Both the position numbers and the translations under genes were made by a program. Shown here one piece after another: positions 50,701-64,000 of a stretch of DNA of 64,000 bases. The notes beneath the pieces were generated by a model. The model did not search any database and had not been told where the DNA came from. It worked only from the letters and a program-made list of their open reading frames with translations. Within the stretch, counting starts at the first letter, position 1. Each line of letters begins with the position of its first letter. This DNA is from Squalus acanthias (taxonomy: Eukaryota): positions 129,086,001-129,150,000 of the forward strand of contig CM059431.1 in the NCBI GenBank assembly GCA_030390025.1, read 5' to 3'.

Positions 50701-52680
50701 GTCAAATATGACACCAAGGTTCAGCCTCAGACAGATGTTAGGGAGAGGGATGGAGTCAGCGGCTAGGGAACAGAGTTTGTGGTGGGGACCGAAAACAATG
50801 GCTTTGGTCTTCCCAATATATAATTGGAGAAAATTTCAGCTCATCCAGAACTGTATGTCGGATGAGCAGTCTGACAATTTAGAGACCGTGGAGGGGTCGA
50901 GAGAAGAGATAGTGAGGTCGAGCTGGGTGTCATCAGCGTACATGTGGAAACTGATGCTGTGTTTTTGGATGATGTCGCCAAGGGGCAACATGTAGATGAG
51001 AAATAGGAGGGGACCAAGGATAGATCCTTGGGGGACAGCAGAGGTAACGATGCGGGAGCGAGAAGAGAAGCTGTTGCAGGTGATTCTCTGGCTACGATTA
51101 GATAGATAAGAATGGAACCAGGACATGATGAGCGCGGAGAGGTCATCAGGGGAGAAACTGGAGAAAGATGTGAGTTCAGGGCTAGGGCTGGGGGGAACCT
51201 TAGAGGAAGTTTGGCCCAGTGGGCTAGGGGACGTGTCAGAGGCAGCTGAACCAATTGTCTCAATCTTAGAGACAAAGAAGTCCATGAGCTTCTCACACTT
51301 GTTGTCGGAGGTGAGGGTGGAGGAGACAGGGGAGAGGGGTTTAAGAAGTCGGTTAGCAGTAGAGAATACGAGCCGGGGTTAATCTTTGCATTCCAGAATG
51401 ATTCTGGAATAGTGAGCAATTTTGGCAGACAGAAGCAGGACCCGATAATGCTTTATGTGGTCCAGCCAGATCTGGCGTTGAATGGCTAAACCAGTTGTCC
51501 GCCATATCCATTCAAGTCTGCGTCCCTTGGACTTAAGGACTTAAGACGGAATGGATGGGGTCTTCACTCGGATCACGGATCTCCTGCAGTCAGCTCTCCC
51601 ACAGGTCAGTGGGTGTTCTGAGCCGCAAACCAATAGCAGGGGCAATCGTTCAATGTGAGTGGAAGGTGTTGCCCTTTTTTAGAATGGTGGCATTTCTGCA
51701 CTCTTGCCACTCCCTCAACCATTGCCTACCCTGACGCCAAAATCCAGCTGTGCCACACTGCCCCAGCAGCTGCCAAGTTGCTGCAGTCTCCAATTGGGCC
51801 TTTGCAGTCATGAGCTTCAAGAGGTTTGAGCTACAGGAGCGTTTCAGCTCCTGGGGGACCAGTTCGAAGGAGCACTAGAGTAGATAGGAGAGCACTTAAG
51901 ACAGGTATTAGGGATTCATACCAGGGTGATAATTAGTCTGCTGAGATTTGTATAAGCCAGTATTATTATAATTCTTTTTGATGTGTTCTATAATAGCTGG
52001 TGACCCTGAAATGTTGGCCTTTGGGCAGATGTCATTTATTGGAGGGTGGAAAGACTGGGACAGATATTGGACATGACTATAAATACAGGGAAGCAGGGAT
52101 TGCTCAGCTGAAATGCTCTTTAATGAGCTGCTGTGGAACAGCTCTGGCTGCAGGCAAATGTTTCTTCACCATCCTCTATATCATCAGTGTCGCCTTCCTC
52201 ATCATGATGAATGTCCTCGTCCAATGCTTGCTCTATGTGTTGTCCACATTGCAAAGCAAAGTTATACAACATACAGCAAACCACTATCATATGGGACAAA
52301 CTTTCAGGCTGTATTGGAGGAAGGCAACAGACCTGTGCAGGCAGTGGAGTCATTGCTTAAAGACTCCAATATTCTGATGAGGGCTCTAGCTGACACTTGG
52401 ATCTGATTGTAGCACAGTGCAGCCACCGAACATGGGTTGCTGAGAGGAGTCATGAATGAAGTGTGAGGAGCTAGCCCTTGCCCCCATGCAGTTAGCCTGT
52501 CACTTGTTGTGCATAAGCAAAGAGTCAGGGGATGGAGGATTGCCGAAATATAAATACATCATTGCAGCTGTCAGGAAAGCGGGAATGGGCCTGCCTATTG
52601 TGCCACTGGTTATCATAAACCTGTTACATATTACTGGAGTGAAAGCTCTTGCAATTCATGAAAGCAGCAGGCTCATCTGA
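47800..52680. mobile_element. Highly degraded Harbinger (Myb on +, transposase remnant on -) interrupted by L2
   Basis: 48050-48290 resembles Myb exon 1 (QWGEVSG*VNASSIVPKTWLQCMKEFSD); 52120-52350 (-) SHMIVVCCMLYNFALQ plus acidic tail. Confidence 0.6.
49473..51540 (-). mobile_element. L2 LINE 3' portion, with a CR1 3' fragment inserted at ~49678-50198
   Basis: VPQGSILGPLLFLIYMLPL, HMYADDTQL, HWLPIKQRLDFKIL; (TTG)n tail at 49473; the insert has EGVQRRFTRLIPG and a (TTTCTATG)n tail. Confidence 0.88.
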
Positions 52681-53420
52681 ACATAAGAACATAAGAAATC
52701 GGAGCAGGAGTAGGCCATTTGGCCCCTCGAGCCTGCTCCGCCATTCAATAAGATCATGGCTGATCTGATCTTGGCCTCAACTCCACTTTTCTGCCCGCTC
52801 CCCATAACCCTTGACTCCCTTATCATTCAAAAATCTGTCTATCTGCACCTTAAATATATTCAATGACCCAGCCTCCACAGCTCTCTGAGGTAGAGAATTC
52901 CAAAGTTTCACAACCTTCTGAGAGAAGAAATTCCTCCTCATCTCCGTTTTAAATGGGCGACCCCTTATTCTGAAACTAGACCCCCTAGTTCTAGATTCCC
53001 CACAAGGGGAAACATCCTCTCTGCATCTACCCTGTCAAGCCCCCTCAGAATCTTATACGTTTCAATAAGATCACCTCTCATTCTTCTAAACTCCAATGAG
53101 TATAGGCCCAACCTGCTCAATCTTTCTTCATAAGATAACCCCTTCATCTCAGGAAACAACCTAGTGAACCTTCTCTGAACTGCCTCCAATGCAAGTATAT
53201 CCCTCCTTAAATAAGGAGACCAAAACTGTACGCAGTACTCCAGGTGTGGTCTCACCAACGCCCTGTACAGTTGTAGCAAGACTTCCCTACTTTTATACTC
53301 TATCCCCCTTGCAATAAAGGCCGACATTCCATTTGCCTTCCTAATTACTTGCTGTACCTGCATGCTAACTTTTTGTGTTTCATGTACAAGGACCCCCAGA
53401 TCCCTCTGTACCGCAGCAAA
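52680..53420 (-). mobile_element. CR1 LINE 3' fragment
   Basis: LYRALVRPHLEYCVQFWSPYLRRDILALEAVQRRFTRL; (TTCTTATG)n tail. Confidence 0.9.
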
Positions 53421-55139
53421 TTGAATATCATACATTCAAGTAATAAAGGCTGTAATGTTTAATCTCCAGCACAAGACAGCAGTAAATATAATTCAATGGT
53501 ACAATTTAATTGAGAGAGCTGAAATTTTTTGATATCAGAGTGAACTCAAATTCAGTGTCAGGTTCTGTGACCCTAATTGTTTATATACATACAAGAGAAT
53601 GGCAACAATTTCATTTTAAAATCTTTAAATTTAATGATATTACCAAGAATGATTTATTATGCATAAATCAATGGTAAGCTAAGGTAATTACAATGTGATG
53701 TGAGCCAATGTGATACAATTCTCCGGTTAGAAAAACACAGGTTGAACACTTCAAAATTACCTGACCTTCAGTACAAATACACACAGGAGGGGAAACAGCT
53801 ATTTTTGTGGCTCCAATCACTGGCCAATACTTCTTGAAGTAACAAGATCATTTTGACTGACAACGTCTATTTTAACACAAGAGCTGAGCAAATCTACTAC
53901 AGAGAAGTCAAATTGGGTGGGGTAGAAAGGTAATCTCCCTGGCAATCAAAAATACTCCATTTATTTTTCTCCCATGTTAGAAATTTGCCAGAATTATACA
54001 TTTACACAAAAATTCCATCAGGCATTCACTCAATTTTTTTTAAATTAGAAAACTTGTAGCAAACAGATTTGTTTGTTCTGTAAATTAACAGAAGATTTTA
54101 CATGGATGTAATCAATTCTACCTCCGGATGTGCACTGGCTGGTCACTGTAAATTTAATCTTCTCTTGGCTCCTTCTGCTGCTCAGTGTCTCAAACGTTTC
54201 TGTTTAGTCCAAGATTCCCCCATTTTAATTAACCTAAGCTATTTTGTTGAAGATATTACTGAATTAATAATACATATATATTAGGAGGATAAAAATCAGT
54301 TTATGTCTATTGAATTCTCAAAAATATAATTCCCATGTGTATTTTAAGAAGCCATGAGTATTTTGATTCCACACTGTTGATAAGAGCAGAATATTGATAC
54401 ATCCAGGTTCCTTGGTACAACTGTGCTTGCACTCAGAGGAATGTTGATCGGGGGCTGAGACAGTGCGCTGGAATTTAGTCTTTTAGCCTGGAAGTTAATC
54501 TGCTGGAGTGGATCGCCTGCCCATTATAGAACCCCTCCGAATTTCTCTCTGCCTCAAGTGTCCCCACGTCCATGATTGTCTCCCTCCTTACTGCCAGCCA
54601 GGTCGGACTCCGGGCCACCTGACTTTGCACCGCCTGGAGTCGGACAGTCGCCTGATGGTTAAAATCTATCCCTAAGTGTATGTTAAGGTAAATAGCTGCA
54701 TATATGGCACACCACCACATTCTCAAGGGCAATTAGGGATGAATAATAAATGTTGGCCTTGCCAGCGACGCCCACATCCCATGAATGAATAAAACAAAAT
54801 ATGGGGATACAGTAATGGGGAAGAGAGAGCATACCATCCCTCCCTTGACATTCAATAGCATTACCATCGCCGAATCCCCCACCATCAACATCTTGAGGGT
54901 TACCATTGCCCAGACGCTAAACTAGAGCAGTCACGTGAATACAGTGGCTACTAGAGCTGGTCAGAGGCTGGGTATTCTGCGGTAAGTGGCTCATGTCCTG
55001 ACTCCCCAAAGCCTCCCGACCACCTCATAGATCTCATGGAATCTAGGAGCAGGAGTAGGCCATTCGGCCCGTCGAGCCTGCTCCACCATTCAATACGATC
55101 ATGGCTGATCATCCAAATCCAGTACCCTGTCCCTGCTTT

Positions 55140-55455
55140 AATTCCCACAGTACACATATCCCACCCTACCCCCGTAGCCCCACGTATTTAATTCCCCCTA
55201 ACATATCCCATCCTATCCCCATAACCCCACATATTTAATCCCCCCCTAACACTAAGGGTTAATTTATCATAGCCAAATCAACCTAACCCGCACATTTTTG
55301 GACTGTGGGAGGAAACCGGAGCACCCGGAGGAAACCCACGCAGACACGGGGAGAATGTGCAAACTCCACACAGACAGTCACCCGAGGTCAGATTCGAACC
55401 CAGGTCCCTGGCGCTGTGAGGCACCAGTGCTAACCACTATGCCACCGTGTTGCCC
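55140..55455 (-). mobile_element. tRNA-derived V-SINE (HE1-like)
   Basis: Minus strand head gggcaacacggTGGCATAGTGGttagcac...GGTTCGAATC (A and B boxes), then V-domain gtggagtttgcacattctccccgtgtctgcgtgggtttcctccgggtgctccggtttcctcccaca. Confidence 0.85.
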
Positions 55456-55691
55456 ATAATGCACAAGTCAGTAGTATGATCGACTATGCTCCACTTACCT
55501 CAATGGGTACAGCTTCAACAACACTGAAGAAGCTCAATACTAACCAGGACAAATCAGTCCAACCACTGGCTTAAACATTCACTCCTTCGACCATCAGTGT
55601 ACCGTGGCTGCAGTGTGCACTACCTACAGGATGCATTGCAGCAACTCGCCAAGGCTTCTTCAGCAGTACCGCCCAAACTCACGATCTCCAT

Positions 55692-57129
55692 TGTAAAGGA
55701 AATAGCCATATTCCAAGAGATACACCATCCTATGAACGGAATTTTGACTTTATTAAAATATGACAAACTGGGTTTAAAAAATCTAAAAGCCTCGACGATA
55801 CAGGCTGCAAACAGAATACAGGCTTCTGAGATAAGATCAGTTGCTAACAAAAGTTGTAAACACCACACAAGCTTTGAAATGGGAAATGGTTGTAAATACT
55901 AAGACAATGGCCCCATTGAAACAGAGGGTTGTAGGTTCCAAGGAGTCTGCAGTTTGGAACCAACACAATAGCAATGCCCAAGTAAAGTGTTAAAAGCTAA
56001 CACTTCGAACAGTAACACAGAATATTAAAAAACCATGTGCCTTTGTAAAAGTAACATCAAATGGAACAGGATACACGATTATATATACAACCAATTGAAG
56101 TAGCTAAGAAATGCAAAGAACACCCTGGTTGAAGTGGTTTTGATTTACATATTGTAAAAGCTACACAACAGAACACATTGAAAATATTACATCAATAGAT
56201 GTACCAAGCAATCACATTCTTTATGAGTTGAACTTGGAACACAAGGAGACGAGAAGTCTGTAATACAAGCAGTTAAGCCAATATTAAGAATTGAATGGGA
56301 GACCTTCGTAAGAATGGCATCAAATAGATAAATCTGTTATTTTATGATAAAATTCGAACACCTAAATGTAGAGACAGAATTCTGCAAGTTAACAGCTGAA
56401 CTGACAGTAAGAATAGAAAAAAGTCAACAGAGGTATGGCTAGAGATAATTATCTTACATCAGCAGAAACTTCAAAGAATATACCACTAAAAAAGAGTATA
56501 AAAGATAGGATTTTCAAATGAGAAAACAGAAGTCGCTGGAAGGGGCAGAGCGATTCTCACCTTCAGAACCACTCTATAGGCCTACAACTCTTTGAGTCTC
56601 GGGTAATCAAGGTATTTGATTTTGGTGGATCTTCTGGATTAAGAATAAGTAGAAGTGTGGAAATGTAACGAAGTTAAGATTTGAGAATAAGGATCTCTGA
56701 TAAGAAATGTAAGCTATTTGTATTTTGAACTGTTAAAGTTGCGATTGAATCAACATCTGTTAGCTGAATGTCGGTTCTTTAATAAATCTATATATTTTTA
56801 GAATTGTCTCACAGAGTAATTTTGTATCAACCTCGCAAACTCAATTTCTGTACACTCTTTTGTAAGGAGTTGCAGAATTCTGGGGGGTTTTCCGGACCCT
56901 CAATATCCGGAAGGTTACAGTCTAGTTAAACTTGTTAAAAGTGCTATCCGGAGAATGGTAACATCTTCAGGCCATTCCTTCCCTTTAGGGAGAGATAGTC
57001 TGACCTTTAGAACCAATTAAGCGTCTCTAGGATTCGGCTACCGCTAACTTTAGTTGAAGGTGAACGTCTGGGGAACACGCCTGATCTGGTGTAGCCCGAA
57101 AAGGACTAGGACTTGTAATTATCCCTTCA
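55692..57129 (+). mobile_element. Probable solo LTR of a second long-LTR family (1438 bp)
   Basis: TGTAAAGG...CCCTTCA ends; TSD CCAT/CCAC; interrupts a LINE 3' fragment whose halves rejoin; AATAAA at ~56781. Confidence 0.65.
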
Positions 57130-57416
57130 CCACCACCTAGAAGGACAAGGACAGCAGGGGCTAGGGAACACCATCACCTCCAAGTCCCCCTCCAAGTCAC
57201 ACATCATCCTGACTTGGAAATATATCGCCGTTCCTTCATTGTCGCTGGGTCAAAATCCTATAACTCCCTCCCTAACAGCATTGTGGGAGTACCTTCAGCA
57301 CACGGACTCCAGCGGTTCAAGAAGAAAGCCCACCACCACCTTTTCAAGGGCAACTAGGGAGAGGCAATAAATGGCAGCCTTGCCAGCGATGATCACATCC
57401 TGAGAATGAATAAAAA
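57130..57416 (+). mobile_element. LINE (L2/CR1 group) 3' end; earlier part at ~54830-55691, related tail at 54660-54795
   Basis: Shared tail caccaccaccttttcaagggcaactaggga...aataaatggcagccttgccagcga...atgaataaaaa. Confidence 0.6.
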
Positions 57417-58007
57417 TATATATATTGTTTGAGCCTTTGTAAAGCTTTAAATGAACTGGCCAGTCTTTGTCAAGGCTGGTAGGATAGGTGGGTGTGGGAG
57501 AGTTGGGGCTAGGGGAAGAATTGCCAGGAAAAATGAAGTGAAAAGAAAACCCAATATGGAGATACAAAATTGATTCTATGGGAAAATGAGAGAGTGGAAC
57601 AGCACCTGATCCACTGTCTAATGGGTGTCAAAATGAATGTTCAGCTACATGAGCTAGGTGCAAGAAGCATTTCCCTGTTTGACACTTCAGGCAACCCTCC
57701 TCAGAGAACAGTATGACACAATTCTTGGCAACAGGTGGTGACCAGGCACAGTGCTGTGTAAACTACCTTCAGAACCTAGGAACAGATGCACAAGAAGAAG
57801 GCACACTTTAAAGAATGTGACAAGGTAAAACTTCACACAGGAGAAAGTATCAGATAGACAGCCCAAGAATGCATGCGACAAGTGTTGCTTGTCAATCTGT
57901 TCCACATTTACTGTTGACCAATCCCAAGCCCTCACACAACTTACAGCCCTTTTTTTTCTGCGCGGTCCCTTTAACTAGCTACGCAGCCCATTCAAATTTT
58001 TGCGCAT

Positions 58008-58835
58008 GTGCAGGACATAGAAAGGCTAGCAGACTGGGCAGACAAGTGGCAGATGGAATTTAATACAGAGAAGTGTGAGGTGATGCATTTTGGCAGAAGG
58101 AACAAGGAGAGGCAATATACACTTAATGGCACAGTTTTACAGAGTGTGCAGGGACAGAGGGACCTGGGAGTTAATGTGCATAGATCCCTGAAGGTGGCAG
58201 GACATATTGAGAGAACGGTTAACAAATCACATGGGATCTTGGGATTCATAAATAGAGGTATTGAGTACAAAAGTAGAGAAGTTATGCTGAACCTTTATAA
58301 AGCGCTGGTTAGGCCACAACTGGATTATTGCGTCCAGTTCTGGTAACCACACTTTAGGAAGGATGTGAAGGCCCATGAGAGGGTGCAGAATGGTTCCAGG
58401 GATGGGGGATCTTAGCTACAAGGACAGGTTGTAGAAGCTGGATTTGTTTTCATTAGAGCAAAGTAGGTTGGGGGGTGATTTGATAGAGGTGTACAAGATT
58501 ATGACGGGTTTGGACAGGCTGGACGGGGAAAGGCTGTTCCCACTAGTTGATGGTGCAAGGACTAGGGGACACAGATTTAAGGTTTTGGGCAAGAGATACA
58601 GGGGGGACGTGAGGGAAAACTTTTTTAAGCAGCGAGTGGTGAGGACGTGGAATTTACTGCAGACGGAAGTGGTGGAAGCGGAGACACTGAATGTTTTCAA
58701 AGGGAGACTGGATAGGCACATGAGGGAAATAAACTTGCAGGGCTGCGGGGATATAGCGGGGAACTGGATTGCTCTACAGAGAGCTGGCATGGACTTGATG
58801 GGCCAAATGGCCTCCTTTTTGCCGTATGACTCTAT
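58008..58835 (+). mobile_element. CR1 LINE 3' fragment
   Basis: WADKWQMEFNTEKCEVMHFG, LYKALVRPQLDYCVQFW, GDLIEVYKIM; (TATGACTC) tail. Confidence 0.9.
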
Positions 58836-59730
58836 GGGGGAGAAATTCAGTATCGCCCCATTTGGGGCGCAATTATCGGCCGGGCGCAAAGATTAGCGCC
58901 TGGCGCTAATTATCGGCACTGACTGCAAACTTGACTTTTATCACCCCTGGAGGTGATTGGAGCGCTAAATCAGGCGCTTCACACCTGTCTTAAGGCGCAA
59001 AGGCCGAGGAGCGAGGCGCTACCTCAGAGCGCTGGCGAAGCTCATGTAATGTCAGTCAGCAATGGAACACACACACAATGGCATGGGCCAGTTCTTAAAG
59101 GGGATGGTTAATCTTGCTTTCCATCCACATCCTGCTCATTGCAGCCTTGAATCTCGGCCTGGAGAGACCTGCACATCAAATCTGCTGGAAAGAACAATGG
59201 AGAGTACCAGGGAAAGAGCTCAGAGTGCAGCCCCCACAGTCTCTTCTAAATCGATACAAGGAAGGGCAATTCAAAATGAACCTGCAAAGTGCTGCTCAGT
59301 ACCCAAAACTCCTTCACACAGCGTTGAATCTCTCCAGAAGTCTCTCTCTCTCTCTCTCTCAGAATGCGTGGTTCTAAAATGTCACCAACAATAAAAGGCA
59401 GGAAGCGGTCGCCTTTAAATAGCGCTCCCCCAGTCCCTTCCTGACTGCAAAACGCTCCCCTCAACCTGTCATTGCTAGCGGCAGGCGGTAAGGCAGGGGG
59501 CACCACTCAATATCCGCTCCGGGGCGATACCGGGGCGTTGCGCACTCGACTGACGTAACGATCTGCCGGCGCAGGAGATCGTGGCGGTAGTGTTTAGCGC
59601 CGCCGCAAAATGTCTAGTTAATTTCGCGAGCGGCGCAAACATCGTCGCGCCCGGGCGCTAGATGCTTTGCGCCCCATTAGTGCCCTCTTAAGGCGCTAAC
59701 GGGAGGCGCAACCAACTGAATTTTCCCCCC
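58836..59730. mobile_element. Non-autonomous Harbinger (second copy of 41262-42140)
   Basis: GGGGGAGAAATT / AATTTTCCCCCC ends; colinear with 41262-42140; inserted in the CR1 tail. Confidence 0.88.
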
Positions 59731-59832
59731 ATGACTCTTCCATGCAAAAGCCGGTGAGCGGCCTGCGTGGGACTTCCAGTCCGCTGCGCGTAGCTTAGTG
59801 GGAATGATGTAACTCCTTCAAAATTCAATGTA

Positions 59833-60251
59833 GGCCGAGATTTTCCTTACCTCGGCGGGTCCGGGGTGGGCGATGTGGGTGGCGGGTTGCGGCCCCGCTG
59901 CTGCCTCCATCCCGCTCTGGAAAATGAATTTACATTAATAGGGCTTGTTAAGCCTGCCCAGTGCGTTTCCAAGTCCAATTAGAAGCAGCGTGTCTGGTGA
60001 TGTCATTCATGACGCATTTTGAGCTAGTTTCCTCAAAGGGACCATGGCCAACTTTCTTTTGACATTTCTGCTGTCAGTTTTCTACAGCATTGAAGTGCTG
60101 CATACACTGACAATGACTGCACAGAGGTGCAGGGCTACACCCAGGTTCTCCCATGATTCCCTTCATATTCCCAATCCGCTGTAAAAAAAAAACATTTTCC
60201 CGCCCGACCCACCACCGATCGCGCCTGCTACCACCCCGGAAAATCTCGGCC
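59833..60251. mobile_element. Harbinger-type MITE
   Basis: Perfect 14-bp TIR GGCCGAGATTTTCC; TSD GTA; end resembles the TIR of the 10423 Harbinger. Confidence 0.85.
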
Positions 60252-60364
60252 GTAGAATCGAAAGCTTTGTCGCACTTGCTTTACCAAGGGTATCATAAAT
60301 CATACTAAAACAATTTAGCTGCTTAATGCATGGTCACTTACTGATGCCCATCTTAGCCTGCAGG

Positions 60365-60560
60365 TTGTATATACATCAATAAAACAGATTATATGGTCAT
60401 TATCACATTGCTGTTTGTACAAACTTGCTGTGCACAATTTGGCTGCCGCGTTTTCTACTTTACATCAGTGAATACAGTTCATTCGCTGCAAAGCGCTTTG
60501 AGATGTCCTGAAGCCATGAAAAGCACTGTGTAAATGCAAGTTTGCTTTTTCTTTCTTCAT
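60365..60560 (+). repeat. Probable SINE 3' fragment (DeuSINE/SacSINE-like)
   Basis: cattgctgtttgt...cttgctgtgcacaatttggctgccgcg...aaagcgctttgagatgtcctga...taaatgcaagt; family assignment from memory only. Confidence 0.45.
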
Positions 60561-61326
60561 ATGTCTGTAAATTTGCAGGGCTATGGGGAAAGAGCAGAGG
60601 AGTGGGACTAATTGGATAGCTCTTTCAAAGAGCCAGCAAAGGCATGATAGACTGAATGGCCTCCTTCTGTGCTATATGATTCAATGATCTCAATAGTATT
60701 TTTCTGATTGTACAATAACATGGCACATCAAGAGCACAATCCTGATCAGCAAGGTTTTGCTGGTGAAGCATAGATAGCGAAGGTACATTTTCTCTAATAA
60801 GCACAAGCAGCCCTGGCCTCAATTGAATGATTGGCAATGGACGGGTAGATACACTGAAGGATTGGAGATGAAGGGACATTATAGTTGGCCGTAACAGGGC
60901 CCCGGGAGGACAGGCGTCTGAACCCGTCGCCTGCAGAGAGCACCGGTGAGCCGGCCTCGCACTGGGTCCCGGTTCCAGTCCCGTGTGCCCCGCCACCATC
61001 TGCTCGGCGCTGCCCCGCTCCGACTGCTGCTCCCGCCCGACACTCCCTCACATGGAGGGTAACTCAGGAATGGCCTGAAATAGGCTGCATTTTAATTTAA
61101 TTTAAATTTAGCACATGCATTTCTTAAAAAGCTGCATTTAATATAACTTTAGTCTATGCATCTTTGCAAAAAGCTGCATTTTAATATAATTTTAATATAA
61201 CTTGAATATAATATAATATAATATAAAAGGGGGAGGGGAGCTGAGAAGGTGGGGCTGTGAGGGAGAGCGGACGGAGGGAGGACCGGGTTTAGTGGGACTG
61301 TGTGTGTGTGTGTGTGTGTGTGTGTG

Positions 61327-64000
61327 CTAAGCCCATGCAGCAGTACCTGGTCTCCAATTGTCCTGGGTTTCCTTGCCATTGGACCAAGATCTTGCTCTGT
61401 GAAGCTCGTGTAGTAGCTGGCGTGCAACGGCCACCCCACATTAAAAGAATTCATGCACAGGCATCTTCCACCCCTTTAAATTGAAGTTTGGGACCTGAAA
61501 CATCAGGACCCTCATGGATAACCCCAATAGCGACAGACCTGAACGTCACACTGCTATCATAGCCCAGGACTCAGACACTTCGACATCGACATCGCTGCCC
61601 TGAACGAGACACGGTGTGCAGGAGAAGGCCAGCTGAAGGAACAAGGTACTGGATACACCTTCTTCTGGAAAGGCAAACCAGAAGAGGAATGCCGTCTCCA
61701 TGGGGTTGGCTTTGCCATCAAAAATGAGTTAGTTTGGCATCTTAGAGATTCCCCTTGTGGGATAAACGAACGCCTCATGACCCTTCGGCTCACTCTAACC
61801 CAGAATCAATACGCTACAGTTGTCAGTGTGTATGCCCCAACCCTGGAAGCTATGGACGAGGAACTCTACAAAGAGGAATTCTACTCCAGCATTGAACAAT
61901 CCCTGTCTCGAGTTCCAATGGGTGACAAGCTGATTCTCCTCGGCGATTTTAATGCCAGAGTTGGAAAGGACACAAACCTCTGGAGAGCTGTGATTAGCAG
62001 GGCAGGAGTGGGAAAAACCAACTCCAACAGAATTCTTCTCCTGACAAAATGCTTAGAACATGGTCTTGTCATAATCAACACCTTGTTTCGTCAGAGAGAT
62101 AAGTACAAGGCCTCATGGCAACACCCTCGCTCCAGGCATTGGCATCTGTTGGACTACGTCATTGTCCGAGCGAGCGACCGCAAGGATGTCTGCATCACCC
62201 GCGCCATGACAGGAGCGGACGACTGCTGGACTGACCACCGCCTAATCAGTTTCGTTATCTCAATCAACCTAGCCTCAAAATGGTGGCAGCAACAGAAACG
62301 CTGCCGCAGAAAAATCAACGCTGAAGGACTCGAAGACCCTGCAAAGAAAGCCTTATTCAGTCAATGCCTCACAGCTAACCTGACGACTCCCAATGAACCG
62401 GAGCCGCAGAGTGTCAATAGTGCCTGGTCTGCCCTTAAGTCCACCATAATTAGCATCTGTGAAGAGACACTTGGTTACTCTACCAGAAAACATCAAGACT
62501 GGTTTGATGAGAACGACCAGGAGATCCAGGAGCTAATAAATCATAAACGTAAGGCATTCTTGAATTGGAAACATTATCACAACTCGAGGGAAAGGAGACA
62601 GATTTACAGACAACTGAAGGTCGAGGTCTTAGACATAGAAACATAGAAGATAGGAGCAGGATTAGGCCATTCGGCCCCTCGAGCCTGCTCCGCCATTCGA
62701 TGAGATCATGGCTGATCATCCAAACTCAGTACCCTGTACCTGCCTTCTCCCCATATCCCTTGATACCTTTAGCTTTAAGAAATATATCTAACTCATTCTT
62801 GAATATATTTAATGACTTGGCCTCAACTACCTTCTGTGGTATAGAATTCCACAGGTTCACCACTCTCTGGGTGAAGAAATTCTTCCTCATTTCTGTCCTA
62901 AATGGCTTACCCGTTATCCTTAGATTATGACCCCTGGTTCTGGACTCTCCAACCATCGGGAACATTCTTCCTGCATCTAGTTTGTCCAGACCTGTCAGAA
63001 TTTTATATGTTTCGATGAGATCCCCTCTCATTCTTCTATACTCCAGCGAGTATAAGCCCAATCGACCCAATCTCTCCTCATATGTCATTCCTGCCATCCC
63101 AGGTATCAGCCTTGTGAATCTTCGCTGAACTCCTTCCATGGCAAGAACATCCTTCCTCAGATAAGGCGACCAAAACAGCACACAGTACTCAAGGTGTGGT
63201 CTCACCAAGGCCCTGTACAAACAAAAAACATACCTAAAGATCAGATGGTGGGTGAAAAGAGTGCAGGAGATCCAGCAACTAGCCGACAACCATGACGTGC
63301 GTGGATTCTTTAGCGCAGTCAAGACCATCTACGGCCCAAGCACCCAAGGACCTATCCCGCTGAGAGCTAAGAACAATGAGGTGCTCAACAAGGACAGAGA
63401 GGCAGTCAGTGACCACTGGAAGGAGCACTTCGAAGATCTCCTCAACCAAAACTCCGTCTTCGACGTGAGTGTCCTTGACTCCATCTCACAGCATGCTATC
63501 CCGCCACTATCTCAACACAATCCCAGCCCGGCATGAGGTTGAAAAGGCCATCCGACAGCTGAAGAATTTCCGGGGCAGATGAAATCCCCGCTGAAGTACT
63601 AAAGCATGGCGGAGAAGTACTCTTGGCATGAATCCATGACCTTATCTCTCTTATCTGGAAGGAGGAGAGCATGCCAGGGGATTTCAGAGACGCCGTAATC
63701 ATGACCATCTTCAAAAAAGGAGACAAGTCTGATTGCAGTAATTACAGCGGAGTTTCCCTGTTTCTGCCACAGGGAAAGTCATTGCAAGAATCCTCCTCAA
63801 TCATCTCCTCCCAGCAGCTGAAGAGCTCCTCCCAGAGTCACAATGTGGATTCCGCCCACTAAGAGGCACAATGGACATGATTTTCACTGTGCGACAAATC
63901 CAAGTAAAATGTATGGAGCAGCATCAACCTCTGTACATGGCCTTTTTTGACCTCACAAAGGCCTTTGACTCTGTCAACCAAGAGGGATTATGGAGTGTCC
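61327..64000 (+). mobile_element. RTE-clade LINE (APE endonuclease and start of RT), degraded, runs off the window; CR1 3' fragment inserted at ~62632-63218 (-)
   Basis: IDIAALNETR, ATVVSVYAPT, LILLGDFNARVG, SWQHPRSRHWHLLDYVIVR, CWTDHRL, DWFDEND, MAFFDLTKAFDSV. Confidence 0.9.

Noticed and set aside
53757..54200. Possible minus-strand exons bounded by AG/GT
   Set aside because: All three frames of the best candidate contain stops; cannot support a gene.
55385..55455. tRNA gene
   Set aside because: It is the tRNA-derived head of a V-SINE, continuous with the SINE body.
60880..61080. GC/CpG-rich patch as a promoter or first exon
   Set aside because: Only ~200 bp, no linked gene or boundaries; origin undetermined.

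Overview
Eukaryotic, almost entirely repeat-derived DNA. The repeat set (V-SINE of HE1 type, many CR1, L2, RTE, Penelope-like and Harbinger elements) points to a cartilaginous fish; this host call is inference. No host protein-coding gene could be supported. The main feature is a complete-looking, minus-strand LTR element at 14213-26339. It has two 1666-bp LTRs (~98% identical by eye), a 4-bp TSD (AGCT) and a PBS matching tRNA-Arg(TCG). It encodes a gag with overlapping PSAP/PPSY late domains and a CCHC knuckle, and an env made of signal peptide, Ig-like domain, furin-cleaved class I fusion-like region and TM. It has no protease, RT, RNase H or integrase. The pol slot, in frame behind a TGA-CTG stop, holds a non-enzymatic ORF with a second copy of the gag coiled-coil motif and a duplicated acidic/Pro-rich repeat. 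Two solo LTRs of the same family (7913-9533, 37908-39530) and one unrelated long solo LTR (55692-57129) are also present. The element sits in a four-level nest: CR1 < Harbinger < LTR element < CR1. The window also holds two near-complete two-gene Harbingers (DDE transposase plus 3-exon Myb/SANT gene), several Harbinger MITEs, and Penelope-like elements with minimal hammerhead ribozymes. All coordinates were read by eye; edges of degraded repeats are approximate.
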